The notes: generated by a model not told the origin, from the letters alone. DNA of 63,133 nucleotides, filler included, from 15 parts of 15 records of this genome joined end to end with filler, not necessarily neighbours in it; one strand, 5' to 3'. Positions 12,076 through 24,385 are shown, counted from the whole stretch's first letter. Made by a program: numbers and translations.

Positions 12076-12346
12076 GCCGGTGACGGGCGGCGGGCTCCGG
12101 GAGGATTGGGCCCGAGCCGAGAGCCGGGGCGGCGGGAGCTTCCAGCCGGATACTTAAGACAGAGAGACGGGCAGCCAACCTCTGGTGGATGAGGGCGGTT
12201 GCCAGCCCCTGGGGCAAGCGTCAGGGCTACACAGAATGCGCACACATAGGGTTGTGTGTGCGCGGATGGTTTACATTAAACAAACATCTACCCATCACGC
12301 CGAGCCCCACTCATTTAGTTAGCTTGCTCCGATCACTTAGTTAGCT

Positions 12347-13628
12347 CTATGACGCGGATTGTAGCAGCTGGGTTACTTTGCCCACGGAGTCAACCCGCAC
12401 GAAATGGGCGCTCCTTAGCGGCCGGCCCGACTGCACCTCGACCAGCCGACCGGACCGGCTCAGCCAGTGGGCCAGCCGGCTAAGCAACGGGCCCACTTGC
12501 CCGGCCGAGCTCAGATTGAGCCCATCTGCCAAGTCGGCCTGGGCAAGCGTGAACCCAATCGCTCGGGTCAGCACGTCGTGCAGCCCCCCGGCCTCCGTGG
12601 GCACGCCCGCCGGGACGACTTGCTGGCCCACGATCTGGGCGGGGGTGGCCGAGCTGGAGAGCGCCAGCCGGGTGTGACCGGTCATCAGAGCGTCAGCCAG
12701 CAGCTCGGCCTGCCGGCCATTCCACATGAAGAGAGCCACAGGCGAGCACGGCCAGGACTCGGGCAGCCGGAGCCCGAGCAGCTGCGCCAAGCTGGGCAGC
12801 AGCCCCACCGCTGCCGCCAGCCTCCACTCGGCCGAGCCGACAGCGGCCGAGCAGGAGAAGCCGTACAAATACGAGGGCAGCGCGGTCAGGAAGAGCAACC
12901 CAACCTTGAGCGACATCACCGCCCCGATCCCGAGGTGCATCCCGACCATCCCCGCCGCACCCAGCCAGCGGGCCGGCCGCTCGAGCAACAGCGTGCCGGG
13001 GACCGCAACGCACTCGAGCAGTATCGTGCCTACCGCTATCCCACATGCCGCCCAGCTCCGGTCGGCGAACCACTGGTTGAGCCGCCTACTGGCCGGGGGC
13101 GCCGATCGCGAGTGGCGGTAGACGCGGAGGTACGTCTGCATGGTGTGCGGCCCGAGCCAGCTGGCGCCGCCCACCCTGAGCTTCGCCAGCCCGCTGGAGA
13201 GCACGAAGTTGATCGACACTCCCCAGGCCACCGCGTGCGCCTGCGCCGGGGGCAGCACCGCGCTGGCCCACAGGTTGTACAGCAGCGGGTACTCGCCGTG
13301 ACGGTTGGTGCTGCTGCTCTCTATCAAGTGATACAACGACCCGACCCCCGCTGCCAGCACCCGCGCCCAGGGCTGGTCTGCGCACCAGGCTGCCGCTGCC
13401 AGCACCAATGGCAGCCCCGCGAACGCCGGTACCCGCGCTTGCCGGATGCGCAGTAGCCAACGCGCTGGTAGCCAGCCGGGGCGGGTGACAACAGACGTCT
13501 TGGCCAAAGCCCAGAGGTGGTGGCCGGAGGCCTGGCGGACGATCAGCCAAAACAGCACCGTGCACACTAGCTGCTGGGCGTAAAATCGCCGCCGGGCCAC
13601 CGCTGCCACCGGGCCAGCCGCTACTGTC
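12347..13628 (-). CDS. HTTM-like multi-pass membrane protein
   Basis: Several TM helices; SSGLAKL, ILLEC, MHLGI pattern typical of HTTM/gamma-carboxylase-like membrane domains; start may lie beyond the spacer. Confidence 0.6.
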
Positions 13629-14297
13629 NNNNNNNNNNNNNNNNNNNNNNNNNNNNNNNNNNNNNNNNNNNNTTAATTAATTAANNNNNNNNNNNNNNNN
13701 NNNNNNNNNNNNNNNNNNNNNNNNNNNNACGGTAGAGTGCCTAGGTGCTGGCAGAGCTTGAGGTCCTGAACGAGGATAGCCGGGAATTCCTGCGGAAGGC
13801 GGTCGATGGCACCATTGAAAGCGTGGGTTGAGCTCATTTCCGAAGTACTTTATGATTATGAGAACGATTAGGTCTCCAACATGATGTATACTCACGCTAT
13901 ACTCACGCTCCTAGATTAATCCTAGATGCCCATCTAGTGTAATTTAATGTAATCAAGATAAACCGGGCCAATCTAGATCTACACTACTGTAGCGCTGTAG
14001 TAATACATTGTCATAAGACCGCCGATTGGTTCTTCGACACGGTGCGAGCGCGGAGCTCATGATTGTAATTAGATTGTAATCATGCACTGGGAGAACAATT
14101 ATCTATAGATCGAAACGAAATAGATGCAGTATTTAGCCGACAATCATTCAAATTAAACACGATGATGGAATACAACAGTTGGTAGATGACTCTAAAAGGG
14201 TTGCAATAGCACATCGACTATACTCGTACCGTAGTGCTCAACGCGAGCAACGCGTGTACATGATGGCTAGATGAATAGAAATGGCCAACCTAGTCTT

Positions 14298-14818
14298 TCA
14301 CTTGAACAAGAGGAAAACACTGTCGTAGGGCGGGACGGCCACGGCCATGGTCCCCTTGGCGGTGCCGGCGTCCTTGCGCTGCCAGATGTCGCGGACCTGG
14401 TAGGTCTTACCACCATCGAGGTCAAGCTTGGCCAAGTCCAGGGTGTGTTGCACCGGCTGCGAGCCCTGATTGATCACCAGGCATGCCTGCGAGTCCTCGG
14501 CCTGCTTCTTGCACCAGACCTGGCCCCGTTAGGGTTGTAATGGGTGGGCGGTGCACTCACAGTCTCTACCAACCGGCCTGGGTGCCCGGCCCACTTCTGG
14601 TTGACTGCGATGGCGTCTTCATTTGTGATTATGTCCAGGATCGGGTTGAGCTTGGCGTCGGTCAGCTCGAGCCCGAGGATGAGCGGGGCGGACACCACGC
14701 ACCAGGCACCGAAGTGGGCCCTGTTCCACGAATGGAATGTGTTGGGGGCCGGCTCAGCCACCCGCCCAACCTCCAGCATGTCCGGATAGGCCCAGCAGCC
14801 GGGCACCGAGAGCACGGG
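14298..14818 (-). pseudogene. GH27 alpha-galactosidase C-terminal piece
   Basis: PGCWAYPDMLEVG, RAHFGAWCVVSAPLILG, NEDAIAVNQ; after a 41-nt intron (14560-14520, GTGAGT..CTAAC..CAG) comes VWCKK..VRDIW..FK*. Confidence 0.8.
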
Positions 14819-14825
14819 CAGAGAA

Positions 14826-14974
14826 ATGGCGCTCAGGTTGATTGCCGCCTCGCTCGTTTTGGGCTCTGCTCAGGCCTGGGGACCACCGTCGGACTACGGC
14901 GGCCGCTTCAAGCCCGGCTGGAATGGCCTTGCTCGCACGCCGCCGCTTGGTTGGCGCTCGTGGAACGCGTTCGG
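14826..14974 (+). pseudogene. GH27 alpha-galactosidase N-terminal piece (inverted relative to the other pieces)
   Basis: Signal peptide + NGLARTPPLGWRSWNAFG, the canonical GH27 start, followed by unrelated sequence. Confidence 0.85.
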
Positions 14975-15311
14975 GGATGAGAGGCGCGTTAATCTGGACG
15001 AGCAATTTCGCGAGGCAGCTGGAGGGCCGGCACAGTACTAACAAGCGTCTGATAGATTAATTGAACTCTGTAGACTACGCACACGTACTACTCGGGGTTC
15101 ACTCCACGAGCTCGCTCTTTGGGATGCCTTTCAGGGTCTCGGTCTCGTCCACTTCATACCACTCGTCCAGCTGATGGCCCTCCCGTGGCTCTTGGGCGCC
15201 GGTATTTCTCTCTCTAATCCACGTGATGACCGCCTCGGCTGTCGTTTCGTCCACGCTCCGAAGCGTGAATGTCCCTTCCCTGTAGTTGTCCTTCTCACCG
15301 AAAACGTCATG

Positions 15312-15539
15312 CATCTTGGACGAGTCGGGGAAGTTGGCGTCGATGGTGGGCGTGCCGTCGGCTGTGTGCTGCGTGCCATTCACACCAGCTCCGCAACCCT
15401 CCCAGCCTTCATCCACCCCCACGCTGCAGTAGCCCAGGTCGCAGAGCGACACCGGGCTACTCCGCCCAGGCACTGTGCGATTCTTGGCCACCAAGGCCTC
15501 AGCAGCGAGCACCATCATGTCCTGAGTGATCCGGTTGCC
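15312..15539 (-). pseudogene. GH27 alpha-galactosidase second piece, embedded in an unrelated ORF
   Basis: GNRITQDMM...SLCDLGYCSVGVDEGW...NFPD, the segment that normally follows GWxSWN. Confidence 0.75.
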
Positions 15540-15979
15540 CCCGGCCGCCACCGACGTAGCGGACTCGCCGCCGCCAAGGGTGGATCCCAAGCCACTTGCA
15601 TCTCCGTCGTCGCCCCCGTGGGGAGGCGACAACGTCGCGGTCTGCGAAAGAAACGTCTCGTCTGGACTCGCCTGGATCGGGGACATGCGCTCGTCGCCCA
15701 CCACCACGATGGAGCTAGTACAGTAGCTCCGCCATAGACCGACGGCCCGAGGCCAAGCTTTTATTGGTATTGCTAGTACCTGTACCCGACAAAGACTTCA
15801 AATGCAGCATTTGCTCCCACTATGCTCCCACGGGGCGCGGCTTCTGCGCCGACGCGAGTCGTGGGAACACCCTAACACCCGAGTCTCTACAAGCACTCTA
15901 CCGGTATACGATTCGAAAGTGTGCTTGCACTGTGCTTGTAATCATACGAGCAGTAACGGATGAATTAGATCCGCGTGGC

Positions 15980-17047
15980 TCAAACCACTCGGTGTTGTAG
16001 CTCATCCAGATTGCCGCTCAGCACCGCTTTTACATTCAGATAGCACAGCCTGGCCACGTTATCGAAGAACTGCTGGGTCGAGGCCCCCAGGTGAGGCGTG
16101 CCCACCACATTCGGCCGTGCAATCAGACTATCGTTGGCCTCCGGTAGAGGCTCCTCCCAGAAAACATCCAGCCCGGCCCCGGCCAGCTTGCCGCTATCCA
16201 GTGCCGCCTCAAGTGCATCCCGGTCCACAATCCCTGCCCGTGCGCAGTTAATCAGCACTGCGCCTTGCTTCATTAGTTCGAACTCGGCAGGCCCGAGCAT
16301 GTTGGCAGTGGCCGGATTGAGCACGCAGTTGACGCTCACAAAGTCCGAATTGGCCAGCATCGCCTCAAACTGGGCCCGTGAGCTGCGCGAGTCTGTGCTG
16401 ATCACTTGCATTTTGAATCCAGCCTCGCATACCTCCCTCAGCAGCCTACCCGAGGCTCCCGTCCCGCCTATTATCCCCAGGGTGCTCCCACGCAGCTCCG
16501 AGCCCTCCGGGCCGCCCCAGCCGGCCGGCGGGTGCAGCGCCCGGTGCAGCCCCGGCTTGAGCCGCCGGGCCACCGCCAGCATGAGCATCACTATCGCCTC
16601 TGCTAACGCTGCCCCCACAACTGGGCGCCGCCGGCAGCGGCTGGGTTACCGTTGGCGTTGCTCCCGGGAGCGTTGCACACGGCCACGCCGCGGGCCGCGC
16701 ACTCCGGCATGCTGATCCTCGAGACGTCCACTGCCGGCTGGAACACCAGCCGCACCTCGGGCCCAGCGGCCTCCAGCGCCGGCCAGTCCAGCTTGGCCAT
16801 CGCCGGGACCAGCACGTGCGCCCCGGCGAGCGAATCGAGCTGCAGGCTCCCCCGTGGGCTATAACTGGCTGCGGGACACTCAGCCGAGGCCGCTGGGGCA
16901 GGCACCCGGGCGGATGCGGCAGTTGTGGGTGTGGATCTTGTCCAGCTGGGCCTGCATCAGCGGGAGCAGGAACTGCCAGCCGCTGTGCATCCATACGATG
17001 TCCACCGGCCCCGTACGGACCCCCCCGGCCAACAGCCGGCGGGCCAT
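15980..17047 (-). CDS. D-isomer-specific 2-hydroxyacid dehydrogenase, 3 exons
   Basis: VCNAPGSNANALAE, ELRGSTLGIIG, INCARAGIVD, GLDVFWEEP, TPHLGAST; introns 16905-16869 (37 nt) and 16649-16609 (41 nt). Confidence 0.92.
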
Positions 17048-17316
17048 TGGGTTACAACGGAATTATGTTGTAGCAACGAATGAAAACGAGGGTCACATGG
17101 GGTCATCGGATTTCTATTTAGTCTGTAGGCGGCCATGGTCATCTAGGGGCTGCTNNNNNNNNNNNNNNNNNNNNNNNNNNNNNNNNNNNNNNNNNNNNTT
17201 AATTAATTAANNNNNNNNNNNNNNNNNNNNNNNNNNNNNNNNNNNNNNNNNNNNCCGGTGCGCTTGACAGCTCAGTCAGTCGGCGGAGCATACGCATAGT
17301 TTGCTCGTCATCCCCG

Positions 17317-18060
17317 TCACGGTGCGTTTGCACTGGCTTGAGCAAAGAGCCAAGGCCAGACCTCCTCAGAATGATCCAGATAGCACTCATCCCAGACATT
17401 ATGCCCCTCACACCACAGCTCGTTCTCGACGCCGGTGGCCGCCCCGTTTGGCCAATACCTGAACACGACCTTTCCATTCCCAGCCGCACGCAGAGCTTCG
17501 ACCAGTGCTCGCGTATCGCCACACGGCACCACCTTATCATCCTCCGCGTGTGCAAAGTAGATTGGCAGGTCCTTCAACAGAGGCGCAAACACCGGCTTCC
17601 CTCCGCCGCAGATCGGCAGAATGGCCGCGAATCGGTCGGGGTTGCGTGCGGCCAGGTCCCAGCACCCGAGCCCACCCATGCTCATCCCCGTGACGTACAG
17701 CCGGGCCCGATCGGTACGACCGACCACTGGCTCCTGCCCGGACTGGCACCGGTCGAGCAAGCTTACCAGCGCGGCGCACATTGTCGGCTTTGCCCATTCC
17801 GTCTTCCGAGGGCACTGCGGCGCCACCACAACGCACGATTGACCGGCCAGCAAGCGCTCGCTCTGTCCATGCTCGACCAGCAGGCGAGGCAGCCCCGTGC
17901 GGAGGTGTTCCCAGTCCGTGCCGCGCCCACTCGCCCCGTGTAGATACAGCAGCAGTGCCGGCGGGCCCTCGCCGCTGTCGCGCCTCCAAACCCAGTACGG
18001 CAGCGCTCCGTCGGCGTTGCACGCAGTCCTGAAAGAGAAGTCGGGCTGGCTGGCTGCCAT
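17317..18060 (-). CDS. Alpha/beta hydrolase (phospholipase/carboxylesterase/peptidase-like)
   Basis: LYLHGASGRG, VVAPQCP, YVTGMSMGGLGCW (GxSxG), HAEDDKVV, GHNVW. Confidence 0.88.
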   Translation of the reverse strand: MAASQPDFSFRTACNADGALPYWVWRRDSGEGPPALLLYLHGASGRGTDWEHLRTGLPRLLVEHGQSERLLAGQSCVVVAPQCPRKTEWAKPTMCAALVSLLDRCQSGQEPVVGRTDRARLYVTGMSMGGLGCWDLAARNPDRFAAILPICGGGKPVFAPLLKDLPIYFAHAEDDKVVPCGDTRALVEALRAAGNGKVVFRYWPNGAATGVENELWCEGHNVWDECYLDHSEEVWPWLFAQASANAP

Positions 18061-18111
18061 CCAGCCTCGCCGAGTTATTAGCTACCCAAGTAACGGAAAG
18101 AGGCTCTCAGA

Positions 18112-20435
18112 ATGCGGCGGCTTGTAGTTGGTTTGAGCTTCGCCTTTGGGCTCTTGGCGGCCGCCTCAGCGGGCGGCTGCAACAGCTCGTTCACCTTCTG
18201 CAACGCCTCGGCACCGCCGGCCGCCCGGGTGGAAGACCTGCTTGCCCGAGCTTCCAGTAGCGAGCTCGCTGGGCTACTGTACGGACAGCCGATCGGTCGG
18301 CTCGGGGTGCCTCGGCTCAGCACCGGCGAGGCGCTGCACGGCGTGGCCCAAGGCTGCGTCGGGCCCCGATGCCCCACCTCGTTCCCGTCGGCGCTCGGGC
18401 TGGCCGCCAGCTTCAACGCGTCGCTATTTTTCCAGGTGGGGGCGGCCATCTCCACAGAGAGCCGGGCACTCCAGCCGGGCGGGACTGTCCGCTGGGCGCC
18501 GGACGTGAACTTGTTCCGGGACCCGCGCTGGGGCCGAGGGCAGGAGGTGCCGGGGGAAGACCCGGAGCTCTCGAGCGTCTATGCGGCCCAGTTCGTTGCC
18601 GGGATGCAGACGGGCCCTCTGTACCCGGAATACGTCAAAACTGGGGCCACCTGCAAGCACTTCTCGGCGTACGACGTGGAGAATTGGCGCGGGAACGACC
18701 GGCACCACTTTGACGCTCAAGTGCCTGTGGCTGACCTGGTAGACTATTACTGGAGGCCGTTCAGGAGTTGTGTGCGGGCGAGCGTGCTGGCTATCATGTG
18801 CGCGACCCGTTTGTTGCTAGTCGGTCTAACCACGTAGGCAGGTGCTCTTATAATGCAGTGAATGGGACCCCGAGCTGCGCCAATAGCAAGTTCCAGAACG
18901 GACTGCTCCGCGATCAGTGGGGCTGGGGAGGTGCCAACTCTTCCTCGGTGCTCTCCCCGCACATCGTGAGCGACTGCCATGCAATCGGCGACATGACCGC
19001 CAACTGCAACTGCTCTAGTGGCAGCAATATATACTATCACCCTGGGCATGGGTTCAGCACAAACGGTTCGGCCGCAGTTCGGGACGCTCTGTCCGGCGGC
19101 ACAGATAGCAACTGTGGTTGTTACTTTCAACGGCACCTTCCGCAGGCGATGCAGAGCGGGCTTGTGGCCGACAGCGCAGTGGAGTTGGCGGCGGGGAGGC
19201 TGGTGCACGCAATGATAAGGCTCGGGCAGCTCGACAGCAAAGGGCTCAATTCTGAGTATACAAAGATCTCAATCTCTGAGGTCGACTCGGCTGAGCACCG
19301 GCAGCTCGCTCTGGAGGCGGCGCGGCAGTCGATCGTGCTGCTCAAGAATGACCAAATAGGGGGCGAGCCGCTCCTGCCGCTGCGACTGGATGGACTGCGG
19401 CTGGCAATGATCGGACCTCACGCAAACGCTACCCAAGCGATGCTCAGCAATTATCACGGCGATAACAGGCTGGTGGACTCGCATTCACCGCTGCAGGTGG
19501 CCCTCTCTCGGAGAATTCATGTCGAGTATAGCGTTGGCGTGAACGACACAGGCTCCAACGCAACGGACCAGATTGATCAGGCAGTGGCTGCAGCCAAGGC
19601 CGCAGACGTGGCGGTTGTGTTTGTTGGGTTGACGCCTTGCCCACTCGGCGACCAATGCAACGAGGGCGAGAGCCATGATCGAACCTGGTCCAAAGGGATC
19701 CAAACTGACTCCCTCGCGCTGCCCGGAGCGCAGCAGCAGCTGGTCGAGAGCGTGCTCGAGGCCAACCCGCGCACCATTGTTGTGCTCATCAACGGCGGGG
19801 CACTGGGCGTTGATTGGGTTAAGCAGAACGTGCCCGCGGTGGTTGAGGCCTTCTACCCCGGAGAGCTGGGCGGCGACGCGATTGTTGATGTGCTCACAGG
19901 CGAAGTCGAGCCGACTGGCAGGCTACCAGTGACCATCTACGACCAGAATTTTGCGATGACACGTCAGATGACAGACATGTCACTGACCAGCGCGCAAGGC
20001 ATCACCCACCTGCACTACACTGGCACCCCTCTCTGGCAGTTTGGCGATGGGCTCGGATATGCCTCGCTCTTGCTCGAGCTGCTGGAACCTCTCGAGCTGC
20101 CGACAATCCAAATCCACGAGCTAGTCTCGTCTGGCCTCCCTGCACAGTCGTTCAACCTGCGGCTGACCAACACCGGATCTCGGGCCAGTGACGGCGCGGT
20201 GGTGCTCGGATTTGTTTCAAGCTCCGCGGCAGAGTTTCCTGTACAGCGCATGTTTGGCTTCCGGCGGAGTCTTCCCATACAGCCCGGTGAAAGTGCCGTG
20301 CTGTCGCTGGACGGCCCGACAGCTGATCTGCTGGCGGTGAGTGACAGCAGCGGGAAGCGGGTGGTCCACCCGGGCAGGCTCGAGATGAGGGTGGGAATGC
20401 AAGGCCAGTGGCTTGTGGCAACTCGGCAGCTCCAA
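18112..20435 (+). CDS. GH3 beta-xylosidase/beta-glucosidase (3'-truncated), 2 exons
   Basis: Signal peptide, EALHGV, RDPRWGRGQEVPGEDP, CKHF, IMCSYN restored by intron 18798-18841 (44 nt), VSDC nucleophile, SIVLLKN, GESHDR, FYPGELGG. Confidence 0.95.
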
Positions 20436-20608
20436 NNNNNNNNNNNNNNNNNNNNNNNNNNNNNNNNNNNNNNNNNNNNTTAATTAATTAANNNNNNNNN
20501 NNNNNNNNNNNNNNNNNNNNNNNNNNNNNNNNNNNCGCCGACTACCACCTGGCCCCCGAGAACGAATTCGTCGAGGCCACGACTTCAGTCCGGACCTGAA
20601 GTACTTCA

Positions 20609-20749
20609 AGAGAATGAACAGGTAGCTCAATCAAGGGCCGATCCGAAGAGAGGATAGAGAGAATGAACAGGTAGCTCGATGAAGGGCCGATCCGAAGAGA
20701 GGACAGAGAGAATGAACAAGTAGCTCGATGAAGAGCTGATCCGAAGAGA
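20609..20749. repeat. 49-bp tandem repeat, about 3 copies
   Basis: AGAATGAACA starts at 20611, 20660 and 20709; unit AGAATGAACAGGTAGCTCGATGAAGGGCCGATCCGAAGAGAGGAYAGAG. Confidence 0.9.
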
Positions 20750-21180
20750 TGATTCATTATGCGTACTACGTAATCTAACGCATTAAATCACGATCACAGG
20801 TACATGTAGGACCACTACACTCTCCAGGTTTAGCGCCATCCCCTCGCTCACCCCCACCTCAGCCAACCAAGTTCGCCAGTTCCTCCCCAAGACTCCAAGC
20901 CTAGCCAGCGCCAGGCCCGTCATAATTATCTATGCTGTTGGAACCCAGCCCCTCCTCCATCTCCCGTATACGTATCCAGCTCTCGTCCTACTCTCGTCCG
21001 CCTGCCCTCTCTCCACCCGAAGTATCGAGCCATCCGCCTTCATCTGCCAAAGTACCATCACCCTCTCGTACTTCTCGTCCCTACCTAGAGTTTTAGATTT
21101 AATTCACATGCAAGGAACACGGTACTGACACATTAGTTTTAACTGTAATAAGTCCATTAGTCACCGATTGCCATTCGGTT

Positions 21181-23003
21181 TTATGTCAGCGGCTTAACAG
21201 GGCTTGAACTGCCGCTACTGAGTCCATCTAGGCTCCGTCTCCTCTTGTGCTGTTGTTGCTTCTTCAGCCGGAGTAGCTCCTTCTGGCATTCAAACAATTC
21301 ACGGTTGGCCATCTCCAACTGCCGCGTTAGTTGGCCCTCACTGCCCGCTTCCCCGCCCGCTTCTGCATCCAGCCGGGCCTGCAGCTCTCTAATTTGGACC
21401 GCTTGCCTCACACTCAACGCCTCGGCCTCCGACTCCAACTCCTCCTGCAGTCTGAGCACATCATGCAGCTCGTCCAACTCGTCCTGCGCCTCCTCGAGCA
21501 TGAGTGCCCACTCGTCCGCCTTGGCCTCAGCAGTCGTACACCGCTCCTCCGCCTATCCGCACACTCAGGACCGCCCCCCATCCGAGCGCACCTGGTTCCA
21601 GGCCAGTTTAAACTCCAGGCAGCTTGTCTGGGAGGCCAGAAGCTGCTGTGACAGACCCGCCAGCTGCTCACGCCCATCCGGCCGCTCTGGGCTCTGCGCC
21701 TCGGCCGCGGCCTCGGCCTGTCTGTGCGCGACCAGCTGCATCTCGCCTACCTCGCCTTGAGCAGTCTCCAGCTGCCGACGCAGCTCGCCAGAGACAGCCA
21801 CCTGCTCCCACTGGCACCGGTCCAGCCCCGGGCGCGCCTGACACGACAGCTGCTTCTCGAGCGCTCGCCGATCCCGCCAGAGCCCTGACAGCTGCCGGCT
21901 GCTCAGCCCCGGCCGGCGGCCAGACAGACCTCGAGTCTTAAGTCGCGCATCTCGCCCTCATAGTAGGCACGCAGCCGGGTCTGATCAGTCGCGGAGGCCT
22001 GCACCCGGATCGGACCGGCCAGACCGGCCGAGCATGCCTGCGTGTCCAGCTTGGATCTAACGGACTCAACTCGCTCGAATAGCTTCTCTCGCTCGATTTG
22101 GACTTTCTGTCGGCGAGGCGTGCACGCGGGCCGCGCGGTGGTGCAAGTCCCCCCGGGCTCTGCTCCAGCTGGCAGCGCGCCACGCGAGGTGAGCGCGCCG
22201 GAGGCAAACTGTCTGGAGAGGTTGAGCCGGGAGACCGGCGGCGTGCGAACTCCGGCGCTAAGGCTCAGGCTCCGGCTGTGTGTCTCGTCAGAGCTGGATG
22301 GCGTGACCGGGCTGGAGGGCGTAGCTGGGTGCGGGCTCGGGCTCGGGCTCGGGCTCGGGCCGACGCAAGCGTCCTGCAGCGGCGGTCGCGGAGGGGTGCT
22401 GGCGCGTGGCTGGGCCGGCTTGGGTTGGCCGGATTGGGCTCTTCGCCTGATGGCTTGGATCTCAGAGAGCTGCTCATGCAGCTCGCGGCGTCTGCCCGGC
22501 GAGCCAGCCCTGCCGCCACCCTTGGCCCGGCTGCGCAGCCGCTGCCCCTTGCCGCGGCCCTTCCCGACCTCCGCGACTGGCTCGGACGAGTTTCTCCGGC
22601 GTCGCTGCACCGAGCTGGCGGTGCGCGGCCGCTCGGGCATCTCCGTCTCGGGCCGGGGGATCCCGCCGGTGTAAGTCTCCCGCCGCTTGGCGCGCATGGC
22701 CGAGTGCCGCCCGGGGGTGAACTGTCCGTTGGTCTGCAGCCGAGTCCGTTCTTTGAGGATCCCCGGCCGGGCCGGCTCATCCGCAGGGCCGTCGGCACTG
22801 CTCACCTCGGTGGTTCCGCTGCACCGGACAGCCCGGCCGCGGAGGGCGGCCTGGATCACAGCGGCCGACCGGCCGGCTTCGGCCCGGGCGTCGCGTTGGA
22901 CGGATAGCCGGCGGCGGATCGCCAGCATTCGGCGGGTCCGGCCAGCTCTGATCCCGGCTTGCAGCACGCGCGCCGCATCGGCGGGGTCGGTGGCGGCGCT
23001 CAT
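21181..23003 (-). CDS. IQ-motif, low-complexity and coiled-coil protein, multi-exon
   Basis: AARVLQAGIRAGRTRR and AAVIQAALRGRAVR IQ motifs; C-terminal coiled-coil exons separated by short introns. Confidence 0.65.
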
Positions 23004-23202
23004 CGAGGCAGCTGCTGGCCTGGGGGCATCCGGCGGCTCCGGCTGCGGTCTAGCCCGGCACACTGCTCGGGGCCAGCGCAGTCTGCTCGGCCGTGCCTCC
23101 CCCCAACAAGCGAGTTTCTGACTTCGCCGCGACTGCATCGAAAAGCACCGGCCCGGTGGCACTTGATGGCCGGCGCCGATGAGTGACAGCTGAGCCCGGG
23201 CG

Positions 23203-24325
23203 ATGATCTCTCGTGGGCTCCTCGCGCGGCGGGGCCTGGCGGTTCAGGTGCAGCCGGCTGGCCTGCGGGCGGCCGGGGTGCTGGCCGCAGTCACACACCA
23301 GGAGCTGGGCCTGCCGTACGACGAGGCGTTTGACTTGGCCGCTGAGCTGCCGCCCGAGCAGCTCGAGCAGTTTGAGACCTCACTCCGGCAGGAGCAACGG
23401 CAGGAGATCCGGTTCGCCACCCGTGAGGTGACTGTGCTGGATTCGGCGCTCGGGGACACTGGCGATCGGCTCCGGTCGCTGCACTTTAATCGGAGGCTCG
23501 ATTTGGTCCAGTCCTGTGTCCGGCTGACCGCTGCCGGCCGGGTGGACCACGCGCGGCCGCCCCCGAGCCACGGCCCGACCGCCACGCATCTGCAGGCTGC
23601 TGGCCGGCTGTAGGCTCGGCTGACTGGCCGGGGCAGGGGCTGGGGCTGGGGCTGGCGGCCCGTCGGGTGCTCTCTCCAGGGGACGAGGGGCTGGTCGGGT
23701 GCATGCTGGGCGGGGGCGGGTGCTCGCTGGCCGGGTTTCTGCTCAGCAGCTTCCCCAGTCTCGAGCTGACCGTAGTAGAGCTATCAGAGGACGTGTGCGC
23801 CGCTGCTCGCAAGTGCTTCGGTGTGCAGGCGCTGGAGCAAGAGGGACGGCTGGACCTGCGGCTCGGGCGGGCCGAGGAATGGCTGGAGCGGCCGGCGCCG
23901 GTAGATTTGCTGCTGGTGGACGTGGAGGCTGAAGGCGAGGCCCCTCCGAGCGCGGTGCTTGCCGCCGTAGACGGGCGGGCGATTCGGCCTGGCGGGGTTG
24001 TCGCGGTGAACGTGATAGGAGAGGAACGGCTCGATGCGGTGGTGGGGCTGCTGGCCGGGCGGTTGCCGCAGCTGGCGGTGTGTCGGGCGCCTGCCGGGTG
24101 AGAAAGCGGCGGGGTCGTTGAGCCTGACAACTATACAGGTGCGGGCATCCGGCAGGCGGGGCGGTGGGGCATTGGATCGTCTTCGGGTCGAATAATAGCG
24201 AAAGGCCGATGCCGACCGGCGGCCAGCTGGAGGAAGCTCTGCGAGGGCTGCCGCCGCTGGTGGAGGAGCCGGGCGAGTGGCTCGAAGGGTTCCGAGTGTT
24301 AGGCTCCGGCGGGCGATCGAGCTAG
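23203..24325 (+). CDS. Class I SAM methyltransferase, spermidine-synthase-like fold, 3 exons
   Basis: RSLHFNRRLDLVQS, MLGGGGCSL, VVELSEDV, LLLVDV, PGGVVAVNV; GC-AG intron 23596-23636 and a GT-AG intron near 24098-24138. Confidence 0.75.
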
Positions 24326-24385
24326 CACCGACACACTGAACTGTACTTGGTTTACTACTGCGTATATCTAGATGCTATTCGGGCT

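Noticed and set aside
14520-14560. Another scrambling or deletion junction in the GH27 C-terminal piece
   Set aside because: Better explained as a canonical 41-nt intron (GTGAGT..CTAAC..CAG) that restores the frame, though a deletion cannot be fully excluded.
20609-20749. CRISPR array
   Set aside because: Units are directly adjacent with no unique spacers, no cas genes are present, and the context is eukaryotic.
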